The notes beneath the pieces are model-generated. The model searched no databases, had not been told where the DNA came from, and worked only from the letters and a program-made list of their open reading frames with translations. Made by a program: the position numbers and the translations under genes. A stretch of 64,000 nt of DNA from Smithellaceae bacterium (GTDB lineage Bacteria > Desulfobacterota > Syntrophia > Syntrophales > Smithellaceae), in assembly GCA_963667845.2 (NCBI GenBank), contig CAXXVL010000002.1, positions 1,472,001 through 1,536,000 on the forward strand, given 5' to 3'. This document shows, piece by piece, positions 38,943 through 49,327 of this stretch. Every line of letters starts with the position of its first letter. Positions within the stretch are counted from its first letter, which is position 1.

Positions 38943-41900
38943 ATGGAGAAACTTTTGCGGGTGCTACTGATTGATCGTCTGAAAAAAGATTCCGTCGCGA
39001 TCATTCGCGTCCTGAAAGAAGGCGGCTTTGCTCCCCGGTATGAGCAGGTGAAAACCCAACAGGCCGCGCGTGACGCCCTCCGGGACAAGCCCTGGGATGT
39101 TATTTTATACGGCTGCAATTTGCCGGATTTTGATGTTTCTCAGGCGATTGCCCTGGTCAGAGACCTGAATATCAATGTTCCCCTGATCGTTGTTTCCGGC
39201 GCCGTAGGAGAGGAAGCGACGGCGGATTTCATGAGATCGGGGGCCCGCGATTTTGTCAGAAAAGATAATTTACCCCGCCTGATTCCGGCCATTGAAAGAG
39301 AGCTCGCCAAAACAAAGTCCAGAATCGAGCGAAGACGAGCCGGACAGGAGCGCTTCGGCAGCGAGTTTCGGCTGAAATCACTGTTCGAGAACATGAATAT
39401 CTGCGCCATCATTTATGAAGCGCAAAATGATGGCGCGGACTTTACGCTCGCGTACCTCAACCGTTTTGCGGAGAAAACAGAAAAGGTCGATCGGAGAGAA
39501 CTGATCGGCAAATCGATGCTTATGACATTTCCCGGCGTCCGGGAAATGGGTTTTCTGGATGTTCTGCAGCGTGTATGGAGGTCCGGCCAGCCGGAGCAAA
39601 TGCCCGTCACGCATTATCATGACGACCGGATTCAGGGTTGGCGTGAGAATTTTGTCTACAAACTGCCGAGCAATGAGGTTGTTGTCTTATATCATGACAT
39701 AACCGAGCGGATAGAAACGCAGAATAGACTGTTCGCCAGCGAAGAAAAATACCGCCTTTTGGTGGAAAACAGCAATGAGGTAATATTAATCGTCCAGCAG
39801 GGTGTCGTGAAATTTATCAATCGCGCATCGATGGACCTGTTTGCTTCCTCCTATGACCGGCTGACGTCAACCCCGTTCACAGAATTTATCTACCCCGACG
39901 ATCGTGAGATGGTCCTGTCCAATCATCTTCGCCGGGTCAAGGGTGAAGAGGTGCCCCACCAGTATGTTTTTCGCATTGTCACCCCTGACGGGAAAGTGAG
40001 ATGGGCAGAAATACGCTCGACGCTTGTTTCCTGGGAGGGGAGTCCCGCCACTTTGAATTTTCTGTCAGATGTCACCGAGCGCAAACGGGCGGAAACGGCT
40101 TTAAGGGAAAGTGAGGAAAAATTCCGGTTCCTTACCGAAAGAATGACCGACATCGTATGGACTGCCGGGATGGATTTGAACACGTCTTATGTGACCCCTT
40201 CCGTCCAAAAGATACTGGGATTCACCCGGGAAGAACGAATGCATCAGCATATCAGTGACCAACTGACACCCGATTCCCTGTCCGTGGTGTTGGATGCCCT
40301 GGCCCGGGAGCTGGGCCACGAAGAACGCGGTGATGCCGATCCCGCAAGAACACTGAATCTGGAACTGGAATTTTATCACAAGGACGGGACGACGCGCTGG
40401 CTGGATATTGTCATAAGCGGGATCCGGGATGAACAGGGCCACTTAGCCGGTCTCCATGGCGCGGCCAGGGATGTCACCGAACGCAAAAGGGCCGAGGCAA
40501 AACTGAAAGAAAGCGAAGAGCGGTTCAGCTCCCTGTTTGACCACTCCAAGGACTACGTTTACGTTCTGGATCTTAACGGCACCCTCATTGACGCCAATTT
40601 CTCGGCGCTCAACATGCTGGAATATGATTGGTCGGAACTTTCTTCTCTGAGCATTCCAGACGTGGTTCATGAATCCGACGTAGCCAAAGCGATGAAGGAT
40701 TTCGAAGAAATCGTCCGCACCGGTTACCAGAACTATACAAGCGATTACAAAGTAAAATCTAAAAGCGGCAGGATCGTTCAGGTGGAAGCCCAAGTGTCCC
40801 TTGTTTACCGGGACGGGAGGCCTCATTCCCTTCTGGGCATTGCCCGGGACATCACGGAGCGGCGGCGGGCGGAAGAGTCCCTGCGGGAGAGTGAGAGAAA
40901 GCACAGAGAGTTGGTTGATTCTCTACCCATCGCACTGTTTGAGATGGACATTCAAAACAATTTCACCTCAGCAAACCCGGCCTTTCTCGACCTTTTCGGA
41001 TATCTGCGATCCGATCTCGAAAAAGGTCTGAATGCGGTTCAATTGGTCATGCCGGATGATCTGGGGCGCCTCGGGACGAATATTCCGCGGGTGCTGAGCG
41101 GAGAGAAAAAGGGTACGTCAGAATACGGGGGACTAAGAAAAGACGGCAGCACATTTCCTTTTCTGGTTTTCCCGAGCGTTATCATCCATGAGGGGAGGCC
41201 CATTGGGGTCAGAGGGGCCATCATTGACCTGACGGAGCGCAAACGGGCTCAAGAAGAACTGCAAAAGAACGAGGAGAAATACCGGAGCATTCTGGCCGGT
41301 ATTGAGGAAGGTTATTTCGAAGTTGACCTGGCCGGTCATATGATCTTTTTTAACGATTCTCTGTGCCGGATGTACGGGTACCCCAAAGAGGAAATGTCCG
41401 GACTGCATTACCGCAGCTATGCCGATGAAGCCACCGCGAAAAAACTCTTCACCGTATTTAATACCATGTACAAAACAGGCAACCCGTCTGCAACATACAG
41501 TTATGATGTGATCAGAAAGGACGGAGTCAAAAGAGGCATGGAGGCCTCGGCATCTTTAATAAAGGATGCCCGGGGCAAAATATCCGGTTTCCGGGGCGTC
41601 GTCCGGGATGTCACCGAACACAAGGAAATGGAGAAGGCCATCCGGCAGTCCGAGGAACGGTATCGAACGATCATCGAACAGATGGCGGACGGCTATTTCG
41701 AAGTCGATCTCACAGGACATTTTACTTTTATCAATGACGCAATGTGCGCCAATCTCGGCTACACGAGGGACGAGTTGATCGGGATGCAGACCCGACAATA
41801 CGTCGCCGCGGAAAAATTAAAGGAGGTATACGGACTTTTCGGAGAAATACTTGCCACGGGGGTACCCGTGAAGGCCTACGATCTGGAGTATATCAAAAGA

Positions 41901-43535
41901 GGCGGAGCGATCTCCTTCAATTCCATCTCGGCTACATTGATGCGCAATGCCGAGGGGGAACCCGTCGGCTTCCGGGGGATTGCACGCGATGTCACCGAAC
42001 ACAGGAAAATGGAGGAGGCCATCCGGCAGTCCGAGGAACGGTATCGCACGATCATCGAACGGATGGCGGACGGCTATTACGAAATCGATCTCACAGGACG
42101 CTTTATTTTTGCCAATGATGCGCTGTGCGCCCATCTCGGCTACACGAGGGACGAGTTGATCGGGATGCAGACCCGACAATACGTCGTCGAGAAAAAATTA
42201 AAGGAGTTATACGGACTTTTCGGAGAAATACTTGCCACGGGGGTACCCGTGAAGGCCTACGATGTGGAGTATATCAAAAAAGACGGAACGATCTCCTACA
42301 GTTCCGTCTCAGCTTCTTTGATGCGTAATGCCGATGGCGAACCCGTCGGCTTCCGGGGGATTTCTCACGATGTGACCGAACGCAAGACGGCCGAAATCAA
42401 GCTGAGGAATTACGCTGAGGAGATCAGGGATCTTTACGATAACGCTCCCTGCGGATACCATTCCCTGAGGCCCGATGCAACGTTTCTCCGTATCAATAAT
42501 ACGGAGCTTTCATGGCTGGGGTATGACCTTGATGAAATCATCGAAAAGAAAAAATGGACCGACGTACTGACCCCGCAGAGCCTGGCAAAATTTCAGAAAA
42601 TCTTTCCGATTCTTAAAGAGCAAGGTTGGATGAGCGATCTGGAGTATGATGTCGTCCGCAAAGACGGATCCATTTTCACAGTGCTGCTTAACGCAACGAC
42701 CGTTAAGGATCAAGACGGCCGTTTTATCCAGACCAGGGCAACCCTTTTTGATGTGACGCAGCTCAAGAAAGTGCAGGAGGAGTTAGACGAGAAGAATCTT
42801 GAGCTTATCAGGACGTATGAAGATCTTCGCAAGAAGCAGGCGATGATCCTCCAGCAGGAAAAAATGGCGTCCATCGGGATGTTGGCTGCCGGCGTCGCGC
42901 ACGAGATTAAAAATCCCCTGGCCATTATCCTGCAGGGTATCGATTATCTGCAGACAGCCGCTAAAGCGGATTCGCTGACGAGTGAAGTCATCGAAAGGCT
43001 GAACAAAGCCGTTCGCCGGGCTGACCGCATTGTCAAGGACCTGCTCAGTTATGCCCGCCAGCAGCCCGTGGCTCTCGTTGAACAGGACGTCCGGACGCTG
43101 CTTGATGAATCTCTGACGTTGACGGAACATGAATTCCACGCCAAGAATATCACGTTGATTAAGGATTATGCGGCGGATCTGCCGATGGTAGCGGTTGACG
43201 GCAATCAAATGAAACAGGTTTTTATTAACCTGATTCTCAACAGCATCGAAGCAATGCCGAAGAGGGGTAAATTTACCGTCAACGTCCAAACGACAAAAGA
43301 CGATGCGGACAGGAGGGTTCTTCAGCTGACCTTTAAGGATACCGGGCATGGAATTCCCGAGGACATCATCGAGCGGATCTTTGATCCGTTCTTTACAACG
43401 AAAGCCATAGGAAACACGGGTTTGGGACTTTCGATATCCAAAGGAATCATTGACAGGCATGGTGGAATCATATACGCTAAAAATTCGGATGCGGGAGGAG
43501 CGGCCATGATTATCAAACTGCCCTTTCCGTCATAA
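38943..43535 (+). CDS. Cytoplasmic histidine kinase: atypical receiver, 9 PAS, HisKA/HATPase
   Basis: Repeated SEExYR...DVTERK PAS/PAC units; AHEIKNP, DTGHG, FFTTK, GLGL. Confidence 0.93.
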   Translation: MEKLLRVLLIDRLKKDSVAIIRVLKEGGFAPRYEQVKTQQAARDALRDKPWDVILYGCNLPDFDVSQAIALVRDLNINVPLIVVSGAVGEEATADFMRSGARDFVRKDNLPRLIPAIERELAKTKSRIERRRAGQERFGSEFRLKSLFENMNICAIIYEAQNDGADFTLAYLNRFAEKTEKVDRRELIGKSMLMTFPGVREMGFLDVLQRVWRSGQPEQMPVTHYHDDRIQGWRENFVYKLPSNEVVVLYHDITERIETQNRLFASEEKYRLLVENSNEVILIVQQGVVKFINRASMDLFASSYDRLTSTPFTEFIYPDDREMVLSNHLRRVKGEEVPHQYVFRIVTPDGKVRWAEIRSTLVSWEGSPATLNFLSDVTERKRAETALRESEEKFRFLTERMTDIVWTAGMDLNTSYVTPSVQKILGFTREERMHQHISDQLTPDSLSVVLDALARELGHEERGDADPARTLNLELEFYHKDGTTRWLDIVISGIRDEQGHLAGLHGAARDVTERKRAEAKLKESEERFSSLFDHSKDYVYVLDLNGTLIDANFSALNMLEYDWSELSSLSIPDVVHESDVAKAMKDFEEIVRTGYQNYTSDYKVKSKSGRIVQVEAQVSLVYRDGRPHSLLGIARDITERRRAEESLRESERKHRELVDSLPIALFEMDIQNNFTSANPAFLDLFGYLRSDLEKGLNAVQLVMPDDLGRLGTNIPRVLSGEKKGTSEYGGLRKDGSTFPFLVFPSVIIHEGRPIGVRGAIIDLTERKRAQEELQKNEEKYRSILAGIEEGYFEVDLAGHMIFFNDSLCRMYGYPKEEMSGLHYRSYADEATAKKLFTVFNTMYKTGNPSATYSYDVIRKDGVKRGMEASASLIKDARGKISGFRGVVRDVTEHKEMEKAIRQSEERYRTIIEQMADGYFEVDLTGHFTFINDAMCANLGYTRDELIGMQTRQYVAAEKLKEVYGLFGEILATGVPVKAYDLEYIKRGGAISFNSISATLMRNAEGEPVGFRGIARDVTEHRKMEEAIRQSEERYRTIIERMADGYYEIDLTGRFIFANDALCAHLGYTRDELIGMQTRQYVVEKKLKELYGLFGEILATGVPVKAYDVEYIKKDGTISYSSVSASLMRNADGEPVGFRGISHDVTERKTAEIKLRNYAEEIRDLYDNAPCGYHSLRPDATFLRINNTELSWLGYDLDEIIEKKKWTDVLTPQSLAKFQKIFPILKEQGWMSDLEYDVVRKDGSIFTVLLNATTVKDQDGRFIQTRATLFDVTQLKKVQEELDEKNLELIRTYEDLRKKQAMILQQEKMASIGMLAAGVAHEIKNPLAIILQGIDYLQTAAKADSLTSEVIERLNKAVRRADRIVKDLLSYARQQPVALVEQDVRTLLDESLTLTEHEFHAKNITLIKDYAADLPMVAVDGNQMKQVFINLILNSIEAMPKRGKFTVNVQTTKDDADRRVLQLTFKDTGHGIPEDIIERIFDPFFTTKAIGNTGLGLSISKGIIDRHGGIIYAKNSDAGGAAMIIKLPFPS
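41607..42368 (+). repeat. Intragenic tandem duplication, 2 x 381 bp (one PAS-PAC each)
   Basis: Unit starts at 41607 and 41988, next boundary 42369; long identical stretches. Confidence 0.9.
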
Positions 43536-43553
43536 TATCGATGAGGTGTTTTT

Positions 43554-43943
43554 ATGGAAAAACCTATTCATATTCTGGCAGTCGATGATGAAGATTCATT
43601 CACCTTCTTTGTCAAGCTTAATCTTCAAACCTATAAAGAACGCGAGTTCAAGGTGACAACCGCCAACAGCGGGACGGAAGGCCTGAAACTGGCCAAGGTC
43701 GCCCGGCCGGACCTCATCTTGCTGGATGTCATGATGCCCGATATGTCCGGTGCCGAAGTGGCAGAGGAACTTAAGCTTGATGCGCGAACCAAAAACATCC
43801 CCGTCATTTTTGTGACTGCACTGGTTCAAAAAGATGAAGTGGATAAAGAGGCGGGACGGGTGGGAGGGCGGGAATTCATCGCCAAGCCGGTCAGCAAGGA
43901 TGAACTGATCTGTCGCATCGAAGCAACACTGAACTTAAATTAA
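43554..43943 (+). CDS. Single-domain response regulator
   Basis: LAVDDE, LLDVMMP, FVTA, KP. Confidence 0.93.
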   Translation: MEKPIHILAVDDEDSFTFFVKLNLQTYKEREFKVTTANSGTEGLKLAKVARPDLILLDVMMPDMSGAEVAEELKLDARTKNIPVIFVTALVQKDEVDKEAGRVGGREFIAKPVSKDELICRIEATLNLN

Positions 43944-44141
43944 CAAGCAACCCTTTATCTTACACCGATTGACATTTAGTTTTCAGCGGATTCGCAATGA
44001 ATTCCCGACGGAGTTTTGCGGACTCACCTGCGGTGACGACGCATAAGGGGAAATGATAAACACGGGCAAATGCATTTGGAGTTCATGTTATTGACATCAG
44101 GATGCCCTTTTCGCTTCGCCTGATCTGCAGGTTTTTTTGGC

Positions 44142-44244
44142 GTTTAATCCCGCTTCATCGGGACGAGCGTTAATTCTCCGCAGCTTGCTGCGATATAATG
44201 ACGTTCATCTCCTACCTCGACAACTTGCTGCGAGGTGGTTGATT
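44142..44244 (-). repeat. ~103-bp dispersed repeat, copy 4 (inverted)
   Basis: Reverse complement aligns with copies 1-3. Confidence 0.9.
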
Positions 44245-44325
44245 CAGGTATTCCCATATCTCCCGAGAATTATCTTTCGAAATCGATCCCTTTTTCCAGG
44301 ACCGATTTGCGGCGCATAGCCATCA

Positions 44326-45693
44326 TCATTTGCGCAGGTCATACTTAATCATTTTCAGCTGGAGACCCTTGCGGCTGAGGCCCAGCTGTTTGGCGGCTTT
44401 TGTGACATTACCCCCGGACTCTTCGAGGCATTTGACGATCATCTGTTTCTCGACGTTTTCCATATGTGTGCGCATGAAATCCTTAAACGGTTTCTTGTCC
44501 TGACCGCCTCCCTCCATCGATTCTTTTGCCAAATCAGCCTTGAATTCGGGGGGAACTTCTTCGAGCGTAATCATCCGGTTTTCGGCCAGGAGCATCATCC
44601 GTTCAATCAAATTCTCCAGTTCGCGGATATTGCCGGGCCACCGATAGCGCAGAAGCATTTCTTTGACGGCGTCGTCCGCACCGACGATGGCCAGTCCCAG
44701 CTTCCTGTTGAATTTATCGATGAAATAATCCACGAGAGGCAGGATATCATCCGTTCGCTCCCGCAGGGGGGGGACATGGATGGGAAAGACATTGAGGCGA
44801 TAGAATAAGTCTTCCCGGAAATTTCCGTCTTTCACGCTCTGCATCAGATTTCTGTTGGTGGCCGCGATGAAACGCACATCCACTTTGATGGTCTTGAGGC
44901 CGCCGACCCGCTCAAATTCCTGCTCCTGCAAAACGCGCAACAGCTTGACCTGCATATCGCGGGGAATTTCGCCCACCTCGTCTAGAAACAATGTGCCCTT
45001 ATGCGCCAGCTCAAATTTACCCGGTTTGGTGATCGCCGCACCCGTGAAAGCGCCTTTCTCATAACCGAACAGCTCACTTTCCATCAGCGTTTCAGCAATG
45101 GCCGCGCAATTGATCTTGATCAGCGGATTATTCTTCCGGGGCGAATTACGATGAATGGCTTCGGCGACCAGTTCCTTGCCGGTGCCGGTTTCCCCGTTGA
45201 TCAGAATGGTCGTCGTGGTCGGTGCCACTCTTTTAATGGCGTCGAACAGTCCCAGCGTCGATTGGCTGGCGCCGATAATGCCTGCGTGTTCGATTTCCTC
45301 CGGCGTCAGAAACAGTTCATTTTCCATCAGGGTATGTGTTTTTACGGCTTTCGAAACGACGTGCTTTAATTCTTCGAGTTCGAACGGCTTGGTAATATAG
45401 TCCAGAGCGCCTTTTTTCAATGCTTCGACGGCGGTTGCCACCGTGCCGTGAGCGGTGATCATAATCACGGGGACATCAGGATATTCCTGACTGACGCGGT
45501 TAAGCAGCTCCATGCCGTCGATACGCGGCATCTTCAAATCGGTGACGACGGCGGCGATGGGCCCCGCTTTTAAAATTTGCAGTGCTTCGGAGCCGTCGGC
45601 GGCCGAGGCGACCTCATAGCCTTCTTTCTTCAGCATGGCGGCCAGAACGAGCCGCATATTCAATTCATCATCGACGATTAAAATTTTGTTCAT
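44326..45693 (-). CDS. Sigma54-dependent response regulator (NtrC family)
   Basis: Receiver, GETGTGKE, GAFTGA, FREDLFYRL, Fis-type HTH. Confidence 0.95.
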   Translation of the reverse strand: MNKILIVDDELNMRLVLAAMLKKEGYEVASAADGSEALQILKAGPIAAVVTDLKMPRIDGMELLNRVSQEYPDVPVIMITAHGTVATAVEALKKGALDYITKPFELEELKHVVSKAVKTHTLMENELFLTPEEIEHAGIIGASQSTLGLFDAIKRVAPTTTTILINGETGTGKELVAEAIHRNSPRKNNPLIKINCAAIAETLMESELFGYEKGAFTGAAITKPGKFELAHKGTLFLDEVGEIPRDMQVKLLRVLQEQEFERVGGLKTIKVDVRFIAATNRNLMQSVKDGNFREDLFYRLNVFPIHVPPLRERTDDILPLVDYFIDKFNRKLGLAIVGADDAVKEMLLRYRWPGNIRELENLIERMMLLAENRMITLEEVPPEFKADLAKESMEGGGQDKKPFKDFMRTHMENVEKQMIVKCLEESGGNVTKAAKQLGLSRKGLQLKMIKYDLRK

Positions 45694-45741
45694 TGTTTAT
45701 AAGTATTATGACTCGACGATTTAATCAAGATCGATTGTGCC

Positions 45742-47268
45742 TTAAATTTCCCCTCCCGCGTTGAGCCGGATGAAGAAGACGCTTCCCTGACCGGCAATTG
45801 ACTTGACCCGGATGGACCCGCCGTGCTCTTTGATGATCCTCTGACAGATGGCCAGCCCCAGACCCACGCCCCGCTCTTTTGTTGTATAAAAAGGCTTGAA
45901 GATGTTTTTGATGTCGTCCGGGCTGATGCCCGTGCCGGTGTCCCGGATGGCAATGCCGACGGCAAGACCGGCGCTTGTCTCAATTTTAGAAGTTCGGAAG
46001 GTCAGGTTTCCGCCTTGCGGCATCGCCTCGATGGCATTTAACGCAATATTGATCATCACCTGAATCATTTTTTGCTCATCCACCTTGACCGCGGGGAGTC
46101 CCTCCTGCAGTTCGGGGGAAATGATGATTTTGTCGGACAACCGATTGGCCGAGATGATCGCAATGGCTTTGAGGATGACGGCATTGATGTCCTGGGCCTG
46201 GACTTTGCCGCTCCCCGGGCGGGCATATTCCAGAAACTGGCTCACAACCGCATTGAGCCGGTTGACTTCCTCGATAATCACGTTCAGAAGCTGATTTTGC
46301 TCTTCTGTTGCGGCTTCGGACTGAAGATATTGTGCGGCTCCCTTGATGGAACCGAGCGGATTACGGATTTCGTGCGCGAAAACGGGCGCCATTTCCGCGA
46401 GCAGCAGGGCTTTCTCTCTTTCCAGCTTTTCATCAAATTCATACAGAGACGTAAAGACGTCTTTGCTGTCCGGATAAAGAAAACTGAAAATCTTCTTCAG
46501 GATCATCTTGACCGGCGTGACGGAAATGACGATCAGAAATGACGCCATGATGACACTGGTAAAAGAGGGAAGACTGGAACTGAAAAAGAAGGCTACGAAG
46601 TAAAAAATAATAGCGCCGGTAAGTGTGCTGATGAAGATGACCAGAGCCCGGGCGAAAAAGTCGTGCAATTCGGAGAGCTGGGGATACGCGATAACGAGCA
46701 GCAGGAAGTAGAGCAGAGCCGCGAGCGCGAGGCCGCTGACGGGAGGAACACCGTAACCCAGATAGCCCAGAATATCAGCGCCGCAGATGAGCGCTGCGGT
46801 CGGGCAGGCGATGAGCAGATAGCGCAGCCGCCTCTTTTCCGTGCTGGGTGATAGTTTATTGACGTGCCTGAGTAATGCAAAATAGCAGATCACGAGCACG
46901 CCAATGACATAGATAATTAGTGCGACATGAAAATAACGCCAAGGGGCGAGAGGCGTGACTTGCATCAGGAGGCCCGCCGCGCTGATGAACGCCGTCAGAA
47001 CAACCGACCCCTGGGACAGATAGGACTTGTTGTGGGTCAGATGCCGGAAAAACCAGACGGCCAGGGGAGCGATGGTCAGGATGCCGATATGCTCGACGTG
47101 CATCCAGAAATCAGCTGCGAAAAGGCCTCGAAGAAAGGCTGCCGCCTGCGCGACGAAGATGGCCAGGCAAAAGGCTGCAAAAGATTTTTGCAACTCGTCC
47201 ATTTTCCCCGTGATAAAAAGAGACAGGGCTATCGTAAAGCTGGTTGCCGCCAGTGTAAAAATATCCAT
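45742..47268 (-). CDS. Multi-TM sensor histidine kinase, likely partner of the NtrC-like regulator
   Basis: Likely start MDIFTLAA (47268); many TM helices; AHEIRNP, DTGTG, FYTTK, GLGL. Confidence 0.9.
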   Translation of the reverse strand: MDIFTLAATSFTIALSLFITGKMDELQKSFAAFCLAIFVAQAAAFLRGLFAADFWMHVEHIGILTIAPLAVWFFRHLTHNKSYLSQGSVVLTAFISAAGLLMQVTPLAPWRYFHVALIIYVIGVLVICYFALLRHVNKLSPSTEKRRLRYLLIACPTAALICGADILGYLGYGVPPVSGLALAALLYFLLLVIAYPQLSELHDFFARALVIFISTLTGAIIFYFVAFFFSSSLPSFTSVIMASFLIVISVTPVKMILKKIFSFLYPDSKDVFTSLYEFDEKLEREKALLLAEMAPVFAHEIRNPLGSIKGAAQYLQSEAATEEQNQLLNVIIEEVNRLNAVVSQFLEYARPGSGKVQAQDINAVILKAIAIISANRLSDKIIISPELQEGLPAVKVDEQKMIQVMINIALNAIEAMPQGGNLTFRTSKIETSAGLAVGIAIRDTGTGISPDDIKNIFKPFYTTKERGVGLGLAICQRIIKEHGGSIRVKSIAGQGSVFFIRLNAGGEI

Positions 47269-47470
47269 GGGTTTTCCGTATCCGCTTTCCTGTATTGGAG
47301 AAAAGTATATAACGCATGAAGAAGAAAAAGCTAAACAAAAATTTAAGCCGTCCTTCCTTCTTTTCGGCAACGCAGCTTTGTTCCGTATTGTGATGTATTG
47401 ACTTTTAACGCACCATGATTTAATAGCCACGAGAAATAGAGATAAAAAATAACAAGGGATCGGTGAGGGT

Positions 47471-48514
47471 ATGAAGAAGAAGGATTTGCTGAAGAAAGCT
47501 GTTGAACATATCGATATTAAGGCCATTAATGCAGTGGAAATCATCGAGGCCATGAAAAAGATGTCTTTTTCCGCGCGGGATTTGGCCAACGCCGCGGATA
47601 TTTACGACCGGATGCTCCGGGAAAAGAAATGCGTGGTGATCCTGACCCTGGCCGGCTCCACCAGTGCCGCGGGCTGCATGCAGGTCTATGTCGATCTGGT
47701 GAAGAATAATATGGTGGACGTGATTGTGGCGACGGGCGCATCCATTGTTGACATGGATTTTTTTGAGGCGCTGGGCTTCAAGCACTATCAGGGCACGCCG
47801 TTTGTGGATGACAAACTTTTACGCAGTCTCTATATCGACCGCATATACGATACATTCATCAGCGAGGACGATCTGCAGCATTGTGACGGCACGATAAAGA
47901 AAATAGCGGATGCACTTGAACCGCGTCCTTATTCGTCGCGGGAATTTATTGCTGAAATGGGTAAATATTTGACAAAGAACGCCAAAAAGAAAGATTCGCT
48001 GGTTCAGGCAGCTTACGAAAACAATGTTCCCATTTTCTGCCCCGCATTTTCGGACAGCTCCGCAGGTTTCGGTCTGGTACTGCATCAGATCGAGCATCCT
48101 GACAATCACCTCTCCATCGACTCCGTTCGCGATTTCCGGGAATTGACCGAGATCAAAATCCAGGCGGGTACAAGCGGCCTCGTCATGATCGGCGGCGGCG
48201 TGCCGAAAAACTTTGCCCAGGATACGGTCGTCTGCGCCGAAATTATGGGGTATGACGTGTCCATGCATAAATACGCCGTTCAAATCACGGTAGCCGATGT
48301 GCGCGACGGCGCCTGTTCCAGCTCGACGCTGAAAGAAGCCAATTCCTGGGGCAAGGTGGACTGCAGTTGTGAACAGATGGTGTATGCCGAAGCGACCACC
48401 GTCCTGCCGCTTCTGGCCAGTTTTGCCTATCATAAGGGAAGTTGGAAAACCCGCAAGAAATGGGAACTCGCGAAAATGTTCGAGGGTTCACCGAACAATA
48501 AGAAGAGAAAATAA
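47471..48514 (+). CDS. Deoxyhypusine-synthase-like protein
   Basis: IDRIYD, PIFCPAFSDSS, GGGVPKN, DGACSS, EANSWGK. Confidence 0.9.
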   Translation: MKKKDLLKKAVEHIDIKAINAVEIIEAMKKMSFSARDLANAADIYDRMLREKKCVVILTLAGSTSAAGCMQVYVDLVKNNMVDVIVATGASIVDMDFFEALGFKHYQGTPFVDDKLLRSLYIDRIYDTFISEDDLQHCDGTIKKIADALEPRPYSSREFIAEMGKYLTKNAKKKDSLVQAAYENNVPIFCPAFSDSSAGFGLVLHQIEHPDNHLSIDSVRDFRELTEIKIQAGTSGLVMIGGGVPKNFAQDTVVCAEIMGYDVSMHKYAVQITVADVRDGACSSSTLKEANSWGKVDCSCEQMVYAEATTVLPLLASFAYHKGSWKTRKKWELAKMFEGSPNNKKRK

Positions 48515-48524
48515 TCGGAACACA

Positions 48525-48558
48525 CAAAAGAGGCGGACTTAAAAGCCCGCCTCTTTTG
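48525..48558 (+). terminator. Intrinsic terminator, possibly bidirectional
   Basis: CAAAAGAGGCGG...CCGCCTCTTTTG after the 48514 stop. Confidence 0.75.
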
Positions 48559-48958
48559 CACTCCGCGTCTGATCCGTCATTTCGAGCTGGCCGGGAGAAT
48601 CGCCGGGATATCAGTGGAGGTTTTGCCGGGAGCCAATCCGCAGTCTGATTCCGGTTTCAGTCGAGCGACACCTTCCGGGAAACGCTATGCCGAATATTGT
48701 CATCGAACTTGCTCATTGCAGGCACCCGATCGCCGCTTCTCTGTGCTTTCCCTCCGCTGTCCATCGATAGAGGTTGACAAAATTCCATGTCAGCAATTGC
48801 ACGAGGAGCCTCGACCTTTCCTGCCGCGTAAGATCGATGTCGATTACACCGGCCGCAAAAGATTAATTGTATGTCCTTCGGTGGTGTTATCGGAGAGGGC
48901 CGAATGGTCTTGACAATCATGACGATTCGGTACTAAAAAATGAAAAAGAGGCCTATCG

Positions 48959-49327
48959 ATGATGAAAGCCTATGAACAAATCGGACATCGACTCCAGCGA
49001 GCGCGCGAGGAGGCAGGAATGAGCCAGGAGGAATTGGCCAAAATCCTGGGATACACTCAGTCGTCGTTATCCAACTATGAACTGGGGAAACGCCGCCTGT
49101 ATATCACGGACCTCCAGCGGATAGGGCAGATCCTGGGAAAATCCATCACGTATTTTCTCGATGACGGCAGCGAGGACAACGATGAACTGACGGATTGGGA
49201 AGCGATTCTGCGGGAGCCCTATCTGAAGGATATCCTCTACGAATCTCGTGATTTGAAGTCGACCCAACGCAAGACCATTCTGGATTATATCCTCTGGCAG
49301 AAAAGCAAGAGAGGAGGCGTCGAATGA
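48959..49327 (+). CDS. XRE-family HTH transcriptional regulator
   Basis: IGHRLQRAREEAGMSQEELA...SLSNYELGKR. Confidence 0.92.
   Translation: MMKAYEQIGHRLQRAREEAGMSQEELAKILGYTQSSLSNYELGKRRLYITDLQRIGQILGKSITYFLDDGSEDNDELTDWEAILREPYLKDILYESRDLKSTQRKTILDYILWQKSKRGGVE

Noticed and set aside
14542..44244. Dispersed palindromic repeats as a CRISPR array
   Set aside because: Copies are kilobases apart, ~103 bp long, without a repeat-spacer period, and no cas genes are present
47269..47589. N-terminal extension of the kinase in the ORF track (615 aa)
   Set aside because: Overlaps the divergent DHS-like gene and the AT-rich promoter region; ATG 47268 is more plausible
48614..48920. 99-aa and 87-aa ORFs upstream of the XRE gene
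   Set aside because: No convincing RBS or motifs; overlap promoter-like sequence
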